Notes: a model not told the origin generated them from the sequence alone. Shown: positions 1 to 13,942, numbered from the stretch's first letter. The stretch is 64,000 bases of DNA from Eledone cirrhosa (GCA_964016885.1 OZ024744.1:24924001-24988000), one strand, 5' to 3'. Translations and numbers: made by a program.

Positions 1-2931
1 AGATAAGTATAGTGTATATAACAGGGAAGTATAGTGTATATAACAGGGAAGTATAGTGTATATAACAGAGAAGTATAATGTATATAACAGGGAAGTATAG
101 TGTATATAACAGGGAAGTATAGTGTATATAACAGAGAAGTATAGTGTATATAACAGAGAAGTAGTGTATATAACAGAGAAGTATAGTGTATATAACAGAG
201 AAGTGAAGAGTATATAACAGAGAAGTATAGTGTATATAACAGAAGTATAGTGTATATAACAGGGAAGTATAGTGTATATATCAGATAGTATAGTGTATAT
301 AACAGAGAAGTATAGTGTATATAACAGAGAAGTATAGTGTATATAACAGGGAAGTATAGTGTATATAACAGAGAAGTATCGTGTATATAACAGATAGTAC
401 AGTGTATATAACAGAGAAGTATAGTGTATATAACAGGGAAGTATAGTGTATATAACAGAGAATTATAGTGTATTTAACAGGGAAGTATAGTGTATATAAC
501 AGATAGTATAGTGTATATAACAGGGAAGTATAGTGTATATAACAGAAGTATAGTGTATATAACAGAGAAGTATAGTGTATATAACAGAAGTATAGTGTAT
601 ATAACTGGGAAGTATAGTGTATATAACAGAGAAGTATAGTGTATATAACAGGGTAGTATAGTGTATATACCAGAGAAGTATAGTGTATATAACAGGGAAG
701 TATAGTGTATATAACAGAGAAGTATAGTGTATATACCAGAGAATTATAATGTATATAACAGATAGTATAGTGTATATAACAGTGAAGTATAGTGTATATA
801 ACAGGGAACTATAGTGTGTATAAGAGAGAAGTATAGTGTATATAAGAGAGAAGTATAGTGTATATAACATAGAAGTATAGTGTATATAACAGGGAAGTAT
901 AGTGTATATAACAAGGAAGTTTAGTGTATATAACAGATAGTATAGTGTATATAACAGGGAAGTATAGTGTATATAACAGGGAGGTATAGTGTATATAACA
1001 GAGAAGTATAGTGTATATAACATAGAAGTATAGTGTATATAACAGGGAAGTATAGTGTATATAACAGAGAAGTATAATGTATATAACATACGTATAGTGT
1101 ATATAACACAGAAGTATAGTGTATATAACAGAGAAGTATAGTGTATATAACAGGGAACTATAGAGTATATAACAGGGAAGTATAGTGTATATAACAGAAG
1201 TATAAAGTATATAATCGGGAAGTATAGTGTATATAACAGAGAAGTATAGTGTATATAATAGAGTAGTATAGAGTATATAAGATAAGTATTGTGTATATAT
1301 GAGAAGTATAGTGTATATAACATGGAAGTATAGTGTATATAACAGAGAAGTATAGAGTGTATAAGATAACTATAGTGTAGATAAGAGAAGTATAGTGTAT
1401 ATAATAGGGAAGTATAGTGTATATAACAGAGAAGTATAGAGTATATAAGATAAGTATAGTGTATATAAGTGAAGTATAGTGTATATAACAGAAGTATAGA
1501 GTATATAAGATACATATAGTGTATATAAGAGAAGTATAGTGTATATAACAGGGAAGTATAGTGTGTATAACAGATAAGTATAATGTATATAACAGGGAAG
1601 TATAGTGTATATAACAGGGAAGTATAGTGTATATAACAGGGAAGTATAGTGTATATAACAGATAGTATAGTGTATATAACAGAGAAGTATATTGTATATA
1701 ACAGGGAAGTATAGCGTATATAAGAGAAGTATTGAGTATATAACAGGGAAGTATAGTGTATATAACAGGGAAGTATAGTGTATATAACAGGGAAGTATAG
1801 AGTATATAACAGGGAAGTATAGAGTATATAACAGGGAAGTATAGTGCATATAATAGAGAAGTATAGTGTATATAACAGGGAAGTATAGTGTATATAACTG
1901 AGAAGTATAGTGTATATAACAGGGAAGTATAGTGTATATAAGAGAAGTATAGTGTATATAACAGGGAAGTATAGTGTATATAAGAGAAGTATAGTGTATA
2001 TAACAGGGAAGTATAGTGTATATAACAGGGAAGTGTAGTGTATATAACAGAGAAGTATAGTGTAGTTAACAGAGAAGTATAGTGTATATAACAGATAGTA
2101 TAGTGTATATAACAGGAAAGTATAGTGTATATAACAGGAAAGTATAGTGTATATAACAGGAAAGTATAGTGTATATAACAGATAGTATAGTGTATATAAC
2201 AGGCAAATATAGTGTATATAACAGAGAAGTATAGTGTATATAACAGATAGTATAGTGTATATAACAGGCAAGTATAGTGTATATAACAGAGAAGTATAGT
2301 GTATATAACAGGGAAGTATAGTGTATATAAGAGAAGTATAGTGTATATAACAGGGAAGTATAGTGTATATAACAGGGTAGTATAGTGTATATAACAGGGA
2401 AGTATAGTGTATATAACAGGGAAGTATAGTGTATATAACAGAGAAGTATAGTGTATATAACAGAGAAGTATAGTGTATATAACAGATAGTATAGTGTATA
2501 TAACAGGGAAATATAGTGTATATAACAGATTGTATAGTGTATATAACAGATAGTATAGTGTATATAACAGGCAAGTAGTGTGTATATAACAGAGAAGTAT
2601 AGTGTATATAACAGGGAAGTATAGTGTATATAAGAGAAGTATAGTGTATATAACAGAGAAGTATAGTGTATATAACAGAGAAGTATAGTGTATATAACAG
2701 GGAAGTATAGTGTATATAAGAGAAGTATAGTGTATATAACAGAGAAGTATAGTGTATATAACAGAGAAGTATAGTGTATATAACAGAGAAGTATAGTGTA
2801 TATAACAGGGAAGTATAGTGTATATAAGAGAAGTATAGTGTATATAACAGAGAAGTATAGTGTATATAACAGAGAAGTATAGTGTATATAACAGGGAAGT
2901 ATAGTGTATATAAGAGAAGTATAGAGTATAT
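1..2931. repeat. Minisatellite, 22-bp unit ACAG(G/A)GAAGTATAGTGTATATA with 20-bp variants; runs off the window start
   Basis: Unit recurs at 21, 43, etc. The minus-strand ORFs 463-2574 and 1158-2975 are periodic read-throughs. Confidence 0.98.
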
Positions 2932-3029
2932 AAAAATATGTTAAGCTGTTGAGAAAGAATGAAGTTCGTTCCCAACTATTTAACTTTAATAATGAATGAC
3001 TTAAAAGTTCCACTCCAATTCACAAGATG

Positions 3030-3135
3030 TTCTTGTGGAAGACCCCCAGTTGCTCCTGCATGAAGATCTCCCTTCTCTCCGCCAATGATGTTACCTAAGG
3101 AAAAGGTATAAGGCTATAGCGTTTGGGACATGTGT
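3030..3135 (-). mobile_element. Degraded 3' part of an octopus-type tRNA-SINE (family 1)
   Basis: TCTTGTGGAAGAC...GATGTTACCTAAGGAAAAGG resembles the recalled body of octopus SINEs. No head is attached. Confidence 0.45.
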
Positions 3136-4028
3136 TGTTGCAACTTATTTCTTGCAGTATTTATTTATTGCGTTATAAATTAATACTCTATGCATCATTA
3201 TACAATATTAATTAATTGTTAATAAACTTTCGATAATGTAGTCCTAGATATACATAACCGGGAAATAATATGGTACGGTCATAACTGTAAATAACTTTTA
3301 CGAAATTTCTGTTTCATGATGGTTGACTTGAAGATAAACAACAACACAAGCAACAACAACAATAATAACAACGACAACAACTTCACTAACAACAACAGAA
3401 GCAACAACAACAACTCAAGCAACAACAAAAGCAACAATAACAACGACATGTCCAGGAAAACATTGGTGTGTGAGATGAAGGAAACGCTATCTTTGCTCAC
3501 AGAATGGTAAACCACTGCATGGTGGAGATGTATTGTACGTTTCTCCCGACAGGTGGAGCTATGGTTATGCCAGCAGAATACACCCCGTCGTTCGACTCAC
3601 TAAATATATGTGTGGGTGTAGTGGTGGCATGTTCTGTTGCTGACCTAAGGGTACTCAACAAACTACAACAACAACAGTAATGATGACAAATGATAACGGC
3701 TGGACGATGACGAAAACAGTCGAAGAATATAAGGGAAAAGAATGTTTAAGAATAACATACACATATGCTGAAATATGCACACATACTCACACACACGCTG
3801 ACATATGCACACATACGCACATATATACACACATGTGCACATACATACACACATACACACGCACTCACGCACACATCTATACACATTTGAACACGCACAC
3901 ACACACACACGTACACGCTTCTCACAACTATACATATCTGCACGCATTTACATAAGCACACCCATGTATACGCGTCCGCTCACATTTGTATCAATTTACA
4001 TGTGTGTTAAAGCTCACATCTACGTAGG

Positions 4029-4205
4029 TTTAGCTGGCCTCCTCCAAGGTATATCTTGTTGGAGGTGTCTTGGGTAATTTAATGTTAGGGACCCCAATCC
4101 TATCATGTTACAGCTAACACCTATGCATGTTTAGCTGGCCTCCTCCAAGGTAGATCCCGTTGGAGGTGTCTTGGGTGATTTAATGATAGAACCCCAGTCC
4201 TATCA
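4029..4205. repeat. Local tandem duplication, ~101-bp period, 2 copies
   Basis: TTTAGCTGGCCTCCTCCAAGGTA...CCTATCA at 4029 and 4130. Confidence 0.9.
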
Positions 4206-4350
4206 CCTCATTTCTACAGCTGAGTAAACTGGAGCAATGTGAAATAAAGTGTCTTGCTCAAGGAAACAACACATCACCCGGTCTGAGAATTGAACTCACA
4301 ACCTTTCGATTGCAAGCCGAATGCTCTAACCACTAAGCCATGTGCCTTCA
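4206..4350 (-). mobile_element. tRNA-derived SINE family 1 (head and core)
   Basis: Minus strand reads GTGAAGGCACATGGCTTAGTGG (A box)...GAGTTCAATTC (B box), then AGCAAGACACTTTATTTCACATTGCTCCAG, which is shared with the 38.2 kb copy. Confidence 0.85.
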
Positions 4351-5704
4351 CTTTACATACATCAATTACGTGCACATGCATAAATAAGCATACATTAGTT
4401 TTGAAGGAAGAGGACGGTGCAGTGTTAATGTAAAGTTGCTGGCGTATTTCTCTCGTTTCACTTTGAGTGTAAATTAGTTAGCGACATTACCGGAGTGATA
4501 GACACTCGTTTAGTTACCAATTAAATGATGATGATCATCATATGTATGTGTGTCGGTGCGGGTGCGTTTGTGTTTATGTGTGTGAGTGTGGATCTGTATG
4601 GGTGTATGTGTGTGTGTGAATACGCATATATATGCACGTGTTCACATGCTCACGCACACTTACACACATACCACCACCACCAAATACACACACACACACA
4701 TACACCCACCATCACCACACACACACACTCTCTCTCTCACACACCCCATCACCACACACACACGATCTACAGAATATTTAGTTATATAATTTTTCATGTG
4801 TCACAACCTCAAATGGAAAAGAACCATCTTTGTTGTTTATAATTTTAGATTTTTTATTATTATTATTATTTATTTCTCCCCTTCCCTTTCTTTCTCTTTA
4901 ATATATATATACCCGCATTCGTTCCATGTTTCGGCGGGAACGGGTGGGTGAATATATATAGAAATATTACAAATCGCCTGAGGTAGTGAAAAAATTAAGG
5001 TGGAAAAATACCTATTTTTCGAGTCTTGCTTTTGTTGTTGGGGGATTGAAAACGCAGTGATACATGTGGCGCCACCAATTGGTGGAAATGATGTTGCAGG
5101 GTGCTCTTCTAGAAAGATCTCAGATTGCTGCAAGGCAATATGATATTCTTCCTTCCTTAAAACAAATTGTAAGAGTGGTACATATTTATTGATCTTGGTT
5201 GATGTCTGATGAAAGAACGCCTATGTCGACATAACTTCTTCTTCACTCTATTAGCTTTACCATTTCTCTTATACCACTTTTACTCTTTTCCACGATCTTA
5301 TCCTTCTTACTCAACTTCTTGCTCTTTTATTGTTGTTGTTGTTGGTGGTGGTGGTGCTGTTATTGTTGTTGTTGTTGCTATTGTTGTTGCTGCTGCTGTT
5401 GTTGTTGTTGTTGTTGCTGTTGTTGTTAAATTTGTTATTCTTGTTGTTCTTGTTACTATAGTAGTTGTTGTTGTTGTGTTGTTGCTGTTGATGTTGTTGT
5501 TGTTGTTGTTGTTGTTAATGTAGTACTTGTAATAGTAGTTCTTGTTGTTGGACTTGCTGTTATTGCTGCTGTTGTTGTTACTGTATTGCTTGTAGTAGAT
5601 TTGCCGTTGTTGTTGTTGTTTCATGGAACGATATTCAAGTGTGACAATTCGACTTTAAGTAGTTTTGTTCTTTACTTTACGAAAGTAAAAGTGCACTGCA
5701 ATAT

Positions 5705-8700
5705 AGTGTAGTGTAGGGTGGTGTGGTGTAGTGTGGTGTGGTGTAGTGTGGTGTGGTGTGTTGTGGTGTAGTGTAGTGTAGTGTGGTGTAGTGTGGTGTG
5801 ATGTGGTGTAGTGTGGTGTGGTATGTTGTGGTGTAGTTTAGTGTAGTGTGGTGTGGTGTGTTGTAGTTTAGTGTAGTGTGGTGTAATGTAGTGTAGTGTA
5901 GTGTGGTGTGATGTGGTGTAGTGTGGTGTGGTGTGTTGTAGTGTGGTGTGGTGTAGTGTGGTGTGATGTGGTGTAGTGTGGTGTGGTGTGTTGTAGTGTA
6001 GTGTAGTGTAGTGTGGTGTGATGTGGTGTAGTGTGGTGTGGTATGTTGTGGTGTAGTTTAGTGTAGTGTGATGTGGTGTGTTGTAGTTTAGTGTAGTGTG
6101 GTGTAGTGTGGTGTAGTGTAGTGTGGTGTGATGTGGTGTAGTGTGGTGTGGTGTGTTGTGGTGTGGTGTAGTGTGGTGTGATGTGGTGTAGTGTGGTGTA
6201 GTGTGGTGTGGTGTGGTCTGGTGTGGTGTAGTGTGGTGTAGTGTGGTGTGGTGTAATGTAGGGTGGTGTAGTGTGGTGTGGTGTGGTGTGGTGTAGTGTA
6301 ACGTGGTGTGGTGTGGTGTGGTGTAGTGTGGTGTTGTGTGGTGTAGTGTGGTGTGGTGTGGTCTGGTGTGGTGTAGTGTGGTGTAGTGTGGTGTGGTGTA
6401 ATGTAGGGTGGTGTAGTGTGGTGTGGTGTGGTGTGGTGTAGTGTAACGTGGTGTGGTGTGGTGTGGTGTAGTGTGGTGTTGTGTGGTGTAGTGTGGTGTG
6501 GTGTAGTGCGGTGTGTTGTTGTGTGGTGCGGTGTGGTGTAGTGTAGTGTAGTGTGGTGTGGTGTGGTGTAGTGTAGTGTGGTGTGGTGTGGTGTGGTGTG
6601 GTGTAGTGTGGTGTGGTGTAGTGTAGGATGGTGTTGTGTAGTGTGGTGTAGTGTAGGGTAGTGTAGGGGGTGTAGTGTAGGGTGGTGTAGTGTAGTGTGG
6701 TGTGGTGTAGTGTACTGTGGTGTCGTGTGGTGTGATGTGGTGTAGGGTGGTGTAGTGTGGTGTGGTGTGGTGCGGTGTGGTGTGGTATGGTGTGGTGTGG
6801 TGTGGTATGGTGTCGTGTAGTGTAGCGTAGTGTAGTGTACTGTGGTGTGGTGTGTTGTGGTGTGTTGTAGTGTGGTGTGGTGTAGTGTAGTGTAGTGTGG
6901 TGTCGTGTCGTGTAGTGTAGTGTGGTGTGGTGTGATGTAGTGCAGTGTAGTGTGGTGTCGTGTACTGTAGTGTAGTGTGGTGTAGTGTGGTGTGGATGTG
7001 TTGTAGTGTGGTGTGGTGTAGTGTGGAGTGATGTGGTGTAGTGTGGTGTGGTGTAGTGTGGTGTGGTGTGGTGTGGTGTAGTGTGGTGTGGTGTAGTGTA
7101 GTTTAGTGTAGTGTGGTGTGGTGTGGTGTAGTGTAGTGTGGTGTGGTGGGGTGTAGTGTTGTGTAGTGTAGTGTAGTGTGGTGTGGTATGGTGTGGTGTG
7201 GTATGGTGTCGTGCAGTGTAGCGTAGTGTAGTGTACTGTGTTGTGGTGTGTTGTAGTGTGGTGTGGTGTAGTGTAGTGTGGTGTCGTGTCGTGTAGTGTA
7301 GTGTGGTGTGTTGCAGTGCAGTGTAGTGTGGTGTCGTGTACTGTAGTGTAGTGTGGTGTAGTGTGGTGTGGTTGTGTTGTAGTGTGGTGTGGTGTAGTGT
7401 GGTGTGATGTGGTGTAGTGTGGTGTGGTGTAGTGTGGTGTGGTGTGGTGTAGTGTGGTGTGGTGTAGTGTAGTTTAGTGTAGTGTTGTGTGGTGTGGTGT
7501 AGTGTAGTGTTGTGTGGTGGGGTGTAGTGTGGTGTAGTGTAGTGTAGTGTGGTGTGGTGTGGTGTGGTGTAGTGTGGTGTGGCGTGTTGTAGTGTGGTGT
7601 GGTGTAGTGTGGTGTGGTGTGTGTAGTGTAGTGTGGTGTGGTGGGGTGTAGTGTTGTGTAGTGTAGTGTAGTGTGGTGTGGTATGGTGTGGTGTGGTATG
7701 GTGTCGTGCAGTGTAGCGTAGTGTAGTGTACTGTGTTGTGGTGTGTTGTAGTGTGGTGTGGTGTAGTGTAGTGTGGTGTCGTGTCGTGTAGTGTAGTGTG
7801 GTGTGTTGCAGTGCAGTGTAGTGTGGTGTCGTGTACTGTAGTGTAGTGTGGTGTAGTGTGGTGTGGTTGTGTTGTAGTGTGGTGTGGTGTAGTGTGGTGT
7901 GATGTGGTGTAGTGTGGTGTGGTGTAGTGTGGTGTGGTGTGGTGTAGTGTGGTGTGGTGTAGTGTAGTTTAGTGTAGTGTTGTGTGGTGTGGTGTAGTGT
8001 AGTGTTGTGTGGTGGGGTGTAGTGTGGTGTAGTGTAGTGTAGTGTGGTGTGGTGTGGTGTGGTGTAGTGTGGTGTGGCGTGTTGTAGTGTGGTGTGGTGT
8101 AGTGTGGTGTGGTGTGTGTAGTGTGGTGTGGTGTAGTGTGGTGTAGTGTGGTGTGGTGTGTGGTAGTGTGGTGTAGTGTGGTGTGGTGTCGTGTGGTGTC
8201 GTGTAGTGTAGTCTGGTGTGGTGTAGTGTGGTGTGTTGTGGTGTAGGGTGGTGTGGTGTAGTGTGGTGTAATGTGGGGTGGTGTAATGTAGGGTTGTGTA
8301 GTGTGGTGTGGTGTGGTGTAGTGTAGCGTGGTGTGATGTGGTGTGGTGTGGTGTAGTGTGGTGTAGTGTAGTGTGGTGTAGTGTGGTGTGGTGTAGTGTG
8401 GTGTGGTGTAGTGTAGGATGGTGTTGTGTAGTGTGGTGCAGTGTAGAGTAGTGTAGTGTAGGGGGTGTAGTGTAGGGTGGTGTGGTGTAGTGTAGTGTGG
8501 TGTAGTATAGTGTAGTGTGGGGTAGTGTGGTGTAGTGTAGTGTTGGGTGGTGTAGTGTGGTGTAGTGTAGGGTGGTGTGGTGTAGTGTAGTGTGGTGTGG
8601 TGTGGTGTGGTGTGGTGTAGTGTGGTGTAGTGTGGTGTGGTATAGTGTGGTGTAGTTAAGTGCAGCGTGGTGTGGTGTAGTGTGGTGTAGTATATTGTAG

Positions 8701-9455
8701 TATGGTGTGGTATAGTCTTGTATTTTGTGATATAGTGTAGTGTGGTGTAGTATATAGCTGTGAGGTGTGTATATAGTAGTGTGGTGTGGTATATAGTAGA
8801 GTTGTGTGGTATATAACAGTGTAGTGTGGCATAGTGTAGTGTGGTGTGGTATATAGCAGTGTGGTGTGGTATAGTGTAGTGTGGTGTGGTATAATGTAGA
8901 GTGGTGTGGTATAGTGTAGTGTGGTGTGATATATAGTGTAGTGTGGTGTGGTATATAGTGTAGGGTGGTGTGGTATATAGCAGTGTGGTGTGGTATATAG
9001 CAGTGTGGTGTGGCATAGTGTAGTGTGGTGTGGTGTGGTGTAGTGTGGTGTTGTATATAGCAGTGTGGTGTGGTGTGATATATAGTGTTGTGTGGCGTGG
9101 TTTATAATCTAGTGTGGTGTGGTATATTGTAGTGTAGTGTGGTATATAGCAGTGTGGTGTGGTATAGTGTAGTGTGGTTTAGTGTAGTGTGGTATTGTGT
9201 AGTGTGGTGCTGTATAGTGTAGAGTGGTGTGGTATAGTGTAGTGTGGTGTGGAATAGTGTAGTGTGGTGTGGTATATAGTAGTGTGGTGTGGTATAGTGT
9301 AGTGTGGTGTGGTATATTGTAGTATGGTATTGTGTAGGGTGGTACTGCATAGTGTAGAGTGGTGTGGTATAGTGTAGTGTGGTGTGGTATATAGTAGTGT
9401 GGTGTGTTATAGTGTAGTGTGGTGTGGTATATTGTAGTATGGTGTGGTATATAGC
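5705..9455. repeat. Pentamer satellite (GTGTG/GTGTA)n with an internal 495-bp tandem duplication
   Basis: 5-bp periodicity. Rare variants recur 495 bp apart (GTATGGTGTCGTGCA at 7201 and 7696; GGCGTGTTGT at 7581 and 8076). Confidence 0.97.
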
Positions 9456-9791
9456 AGCGTTAGTGATGTAAGGTAGTTTCTAGTTTCGTGTGTTGTTAAT
9501 GTCTCTATGAGAAGTACGACGGGGATCTAAGACATCATACTCCAACAGCCATCATATCCAGTATTTGTTAAGATACTGATTATATGTAAATCATTGTCCA
9601 ATGAGAATTTCGTGCAATACAACATATACCTTTGTTCAATACAGACATGGCTTATCAATTCTTTTCTTACACGTTTCCTTTCATCTGCCAATCTTCAGTT
9701 CATTTCATATGATTAATAATACATCTTATTTTATTATTTTTATTATTCAGCCAAAACAACATCGATATATATATAAATATATATATATATG

Positions 9792-9880
<89 letters not shown>

Positions 9881-9906
9881 ATGTGTGTGTGTGTGTATGT
9901 ATATGG

Positions 9907-9949
<43 letters not shown>

Positions 9950-10373
9950 TAGTTATATACATACACACACATATATATATATATAACAAATACAAAATTA
10001 AAAAAGAAACACAAAAGATATGATAGAACGAACCAATATGTATGTGTATTGTCTGAAATAAATATACTTTTATTTCATAATTCAAAACTAGTTGTAAGTT
10101 ATAAAGAACTTGTGTAAAAAACGACTAACTACATCTTACTGTAGAAGTGTTTTATCTTATATTGAATGGACTCTTTTACACTTTATATTCTGAGGCGTGA
10201 CTATGTCTTGGTACCGAGTTCGTACCTCACTAATGCAGCATTATTTATTTATGTATATTTATTTAATTATTATATATATATACAAATGGAAGTTCAGTAA
10301 AATCGAAGCTCTTGCTGTGGCCAAGCTAACGATATGCAATCCGGAATGTTCAGCAACGCACTGGATAGGGTAG

Positions 10374-10398
10374 TGTCACCTTACAGTAATAACATACG

Positions 10399-10440
<42 letters not shown>

Positions 10441-10465
10441 CGTATGTTATTACTCGAAGGTGACA
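10374..10465. repeat. Inverted repeat with 27-bp arms centred on (TA)n
   Basis: TGTCACCTTACAGTAATAACATACGTT-(AT)n-AACGTATGTTATTACTCGAAGGTGACA, 2 mismatches. Confidence 0.92.
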
Positions 10466-10671
10466 TATATATATTTACTCTTTTAATCGTTTACCTGTTC
10501 CAGCCATTCCGGCAGAGGCCTTGCTAGGGCAGCGCCCTGTTGTTACACATTCTGTCTCCAGCCTAGTTAGCTTGCCTTTGTTGTAAGAGAGAGAGTTGCT
10601 GTTGCCCTTAGTTTACCCTCGTACCATGCCCATCATTATAATATATATATATATATATATATATCATTCTT

Positions 10672-10707
10672 TCTTCTGATGACGGACTGGCGTCCGAAAC
10701 GTTAAGA
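10672..10707 (+). ncRNA. Minimal type I hammerhead ribozyme motif (Penelope-type)
   Basis: TCTT-CTGATGA-c-GGAC(TGGC)GTCC-GAAA-CG-TT-AAGA: 4-bp stem I, 4-bp stem II, palindromic ACGT stem III, one extra nucleotide after A9. Confidence 0.65.
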
Positions 10708-10836
10708 CCCTCTTCCTGCTATATCAAGTGTTAACCTAATATATCCCTTCCATATACTGTACCGATTGTGTTGTTATTTCTGTTTACCTTTTACATATAT
10801 ATGTATATATATATATATAGATACATACATACATAC

Positions 10837-11423
10837 ATGGTGGCTGCCAACTCGTTTTCGAGTACGGTCACTACTTTATATCCATGTAGGAGAACCCCTA
10901 CCGATGCGCTGAACGAGTGTGACTTTTTAGTCCAGCCAGCGACTTGAAAACTCTGGTACAAACACGACACCTGTGACAATTATTGACACATAGTGCTGGC
11001 CCATGGTACCATGTGATGACAAGTGCAGAGAGATCTCCAGATATAAAGCAATGCCTGTGCCGTGAAGCTTTTATAGTGATCAAAGGCACTGCACAAAGCC
11101 AGTCCCACTCTCTTAACCAAGATGATATTTACCAAAAAGAAGAACAAGTCAACATCATTGGATACCATCAGGGTTGCAGGTGTTATATCAGAGTTTTCCT
11201 TCTCCTAGAATTCTGCCTTGACAAAGGCTAAGGGGTCATCTCTCCCGCTGATTTTGGATGGCTATTGACTCTTACGAGCTCATTTGCCCTTTGACAATTT
11301 TTCTTTTTAGTCCTGCAGGATGTCCAAAGTCACCCTCCTCACCAAGAAACCTTGATGGGGTTGCCAGTTTTAGTCGCCAACGACCCAAACCATGAGACAG
11401 GTTGTACTGGGATACATGTTACA
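10837..11423 (-). mobile_element. Non-autonomous RTE-derived retroelement, ~590 bp (longest uninterrupted copy)
   Basis: Multi-copy in the window. RTE-like 5' UTR motif CTAGGAGAAGGAAAACTCTGA, C2H2 remnant [23 protein letters not shown], 3' stem-loop and (TATG)n tail. Confidence 0.85.
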
Positions 11424-11664
11424 TACATACATACATATATACAAGATTGGTCGTTTTTTTAATTATTGTGTGTCTACCCTGCTTTTCATAGGTTATAGAT
11501 TCCATACACTGGTGGTTTTCCCTGTTTTATTGATGGTGCACTATCTCTCTCTAGTGTGTTATCTTTTCAACATATTGTATTTTAAAGAGCTCAGGATACC
11601 TTCTCCTTTGGACACATTATTGACAGGGAATGGCGAGAGTCTATGGCTCCGTTAATTTATCATG

Positions 11665-12035
<371 letters not shown>

Positions 12036-12664
12036 ATAATTTCGTTTATCGTTTTACTTTCTTTTTTTTCTTCTTTTTTTAGTCTTTTATTCTGCTTTAG
12101 TTTCAATCCACTCTTAAGTATTGAGTTTTACAAACCATTGCTTTTTACTGCATATCTGTTTGAAATCTAAGGTCTACTTTGCTAACAACGAGCTAGTAAG
12201 CTCTTTCCTAGCAACAGGTAAACTTTGGATAATGATGATTCTGGACGTTAAAGTTTTGAATTGAATGAGCGTCTCTCTGCCGTCTTTGCCATCTATTCCC
12301 TCGTTCATTTTTTTCTTCTTAAATTCTGTATGGTTCCACGTAACAAGTTGTGAGCCCCTCGCATAAGCCTCCTCCATTTCTAAGCAGAGTGATGCTGTGT
12401 TTGGCCCTCCTACCACGTGTGTCATATGACAACGTAGCCCATTCTGATATATATATATATAAACTATCAACGAAGCCTCTGAAATTATCGTCAGACAATG
12501 AACTAATTAAGAACCTATCTTCAACTTTTGTTTTATTGTAATGTCTGACTGAATGCACACGTGTGTTTTTTTCTCATTCTTTATCTTTCTATTTCATCTT
12601 TTATTTCCAACTCTATCTCCTTATGAAGGACTTGGTTTGTTATTTCTGCTTATATATATTTCTG

Positions 12665-12731
<67 letters not shown>

Positions 12732-12907
12732 GTATATATACTACATATATATACAGAGAGTGTAAGTGTGTAAGTGAGTGGGGGTGAGTGATATTGGAAC
12801 TGTGCACAAAAGAATCGGATACAAATAACGACAAGATTAGTAAGTTGATTGTCGATAGATATAGCAGTATTGTACTAGAGTGGTCAATATAATTTAGCCA
12901 TAAATAT

Positions 12908-12981
<74 letters not shown>

Positions 12982-13054
12982 GTATATATATCATCAACAT
13001 CACCGTTTTACGTCCATTCTTCCACGCTAGCGTGGGTTAGACGTTATATATATT

Positions 13055-13094
<40 letters not shown>

Positions 13095-13135
13095 TATATA
13101 TATATATATTTATATATAAATATCTATCTATCTAT

Positions 13136-13297
13136 CTAAGGCGGGTAAAATTCCCGAGATCCATGGACGAGTTCTCTCCAGCGGTCTCTGTCCCTCATTA
13201 TCGCTGCCATATCCTGCATCTCCAACAGACCAGTGTCTGTCCTTAGGGCATCAACATATGTTAACCTTGGTCTTCCTCTTCTAGTGTGTCCATGTAG
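13136..13297 (-). mobile_element. RTE-clade LINE ORF C-terminal fragment with short (TAGA)n tail
   Basis: Hand translation [53 protein letters not shown] matches the RGRP...DR..WR end of RTE ORFs. The stop runs directly into TAGA repeats. Confidence 0.85.
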
Positions 13298-13390
13298 GAG
13301 ACTGAGGTTGGCTGGACATGCTCACCGACATCCAGAGTTGATATATAAATATATATACATATATAACGTATATATATATATTTATATATA

Positions 13391-13512
<122 letters not shown>

Positions 13513-13618
13513 TATATATTTATATATAAATATATATATATTAATATACATATATTATAAAAATTATAATTATAAAAAATAAACAAAGAAGCCTTCAATA
13601 CATCAAAAGTATTTATTA

Positions 13619-13659
13619 GCTGACAGTGTTTCGTCCCATTAATAAGGACTCATCAGAGC
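13619..13659 (-). ncRNA. Type I hammerhead ribozyme motif with fully canonical core and GUC site
   Basis: Minus strand GCT-CTGATGA-GTCC(TTATTAATG)GGAC-GAAA-CACTG-TC-AGC. All core nucleotides are present, G10.1-C11.1 pairs, and cleavage is predicted between 13622 and 13621. Confidence 0.85.
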
Positions 13660-13942
13660 AAGGAAATAAACAAGAAGTATTAACGGCCAGAACAAGCCAA
13701 TACTCAGAAGAATAGGGAATTGATATTTAGGAAAATTTAGGAAAGTTAACTTGGAAAGACATGCTAAAGCTAAAAGGGTGCATTTGTAAATATAGACTAT
13801 AGGGCAAGAGAGCAAGTAAGACATTAAAACAAACCCACGTTGAAAGTACCATACAAGTCTAATACATGAAACACAACATAGTAATACAATGTGAGAATTA
13901 TAATACAATATACAATACAATAGATAATAAGAAATAAAAAAC

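Noticed and set aside
1-2931. CRISPR-like regular array
   Set aside because: No unique spacers, eukaryotic context and no cas genes.
463-3013. 703, 605 and 315-aa ORFs
   Set aside because: Translations of a 22-bp satellite, open in several frames with periodic peptides.
4270-4350. tRNA gene (also ~38195-38270)
   Set aside because: A and B boxes are present, but there is no intact cloverleaf and the sequence continues into a SINE body.
7103-9016. 637-aa H/T/P/Y-rich ORF
   Set aside because: Pentamer satellite read-through.
10898-11089. C2H2 zinc-finger gene
   Set aside because: A single finger inside a multi-copy retroelement, best explained as an RTE ORF C-terminal remnant.
12174-12470. 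98-aa non-repetitive minus-strand ORF
   Set aside because: No recognisable motif, non-ATG start within TA repeats, and no supporting partner exon.
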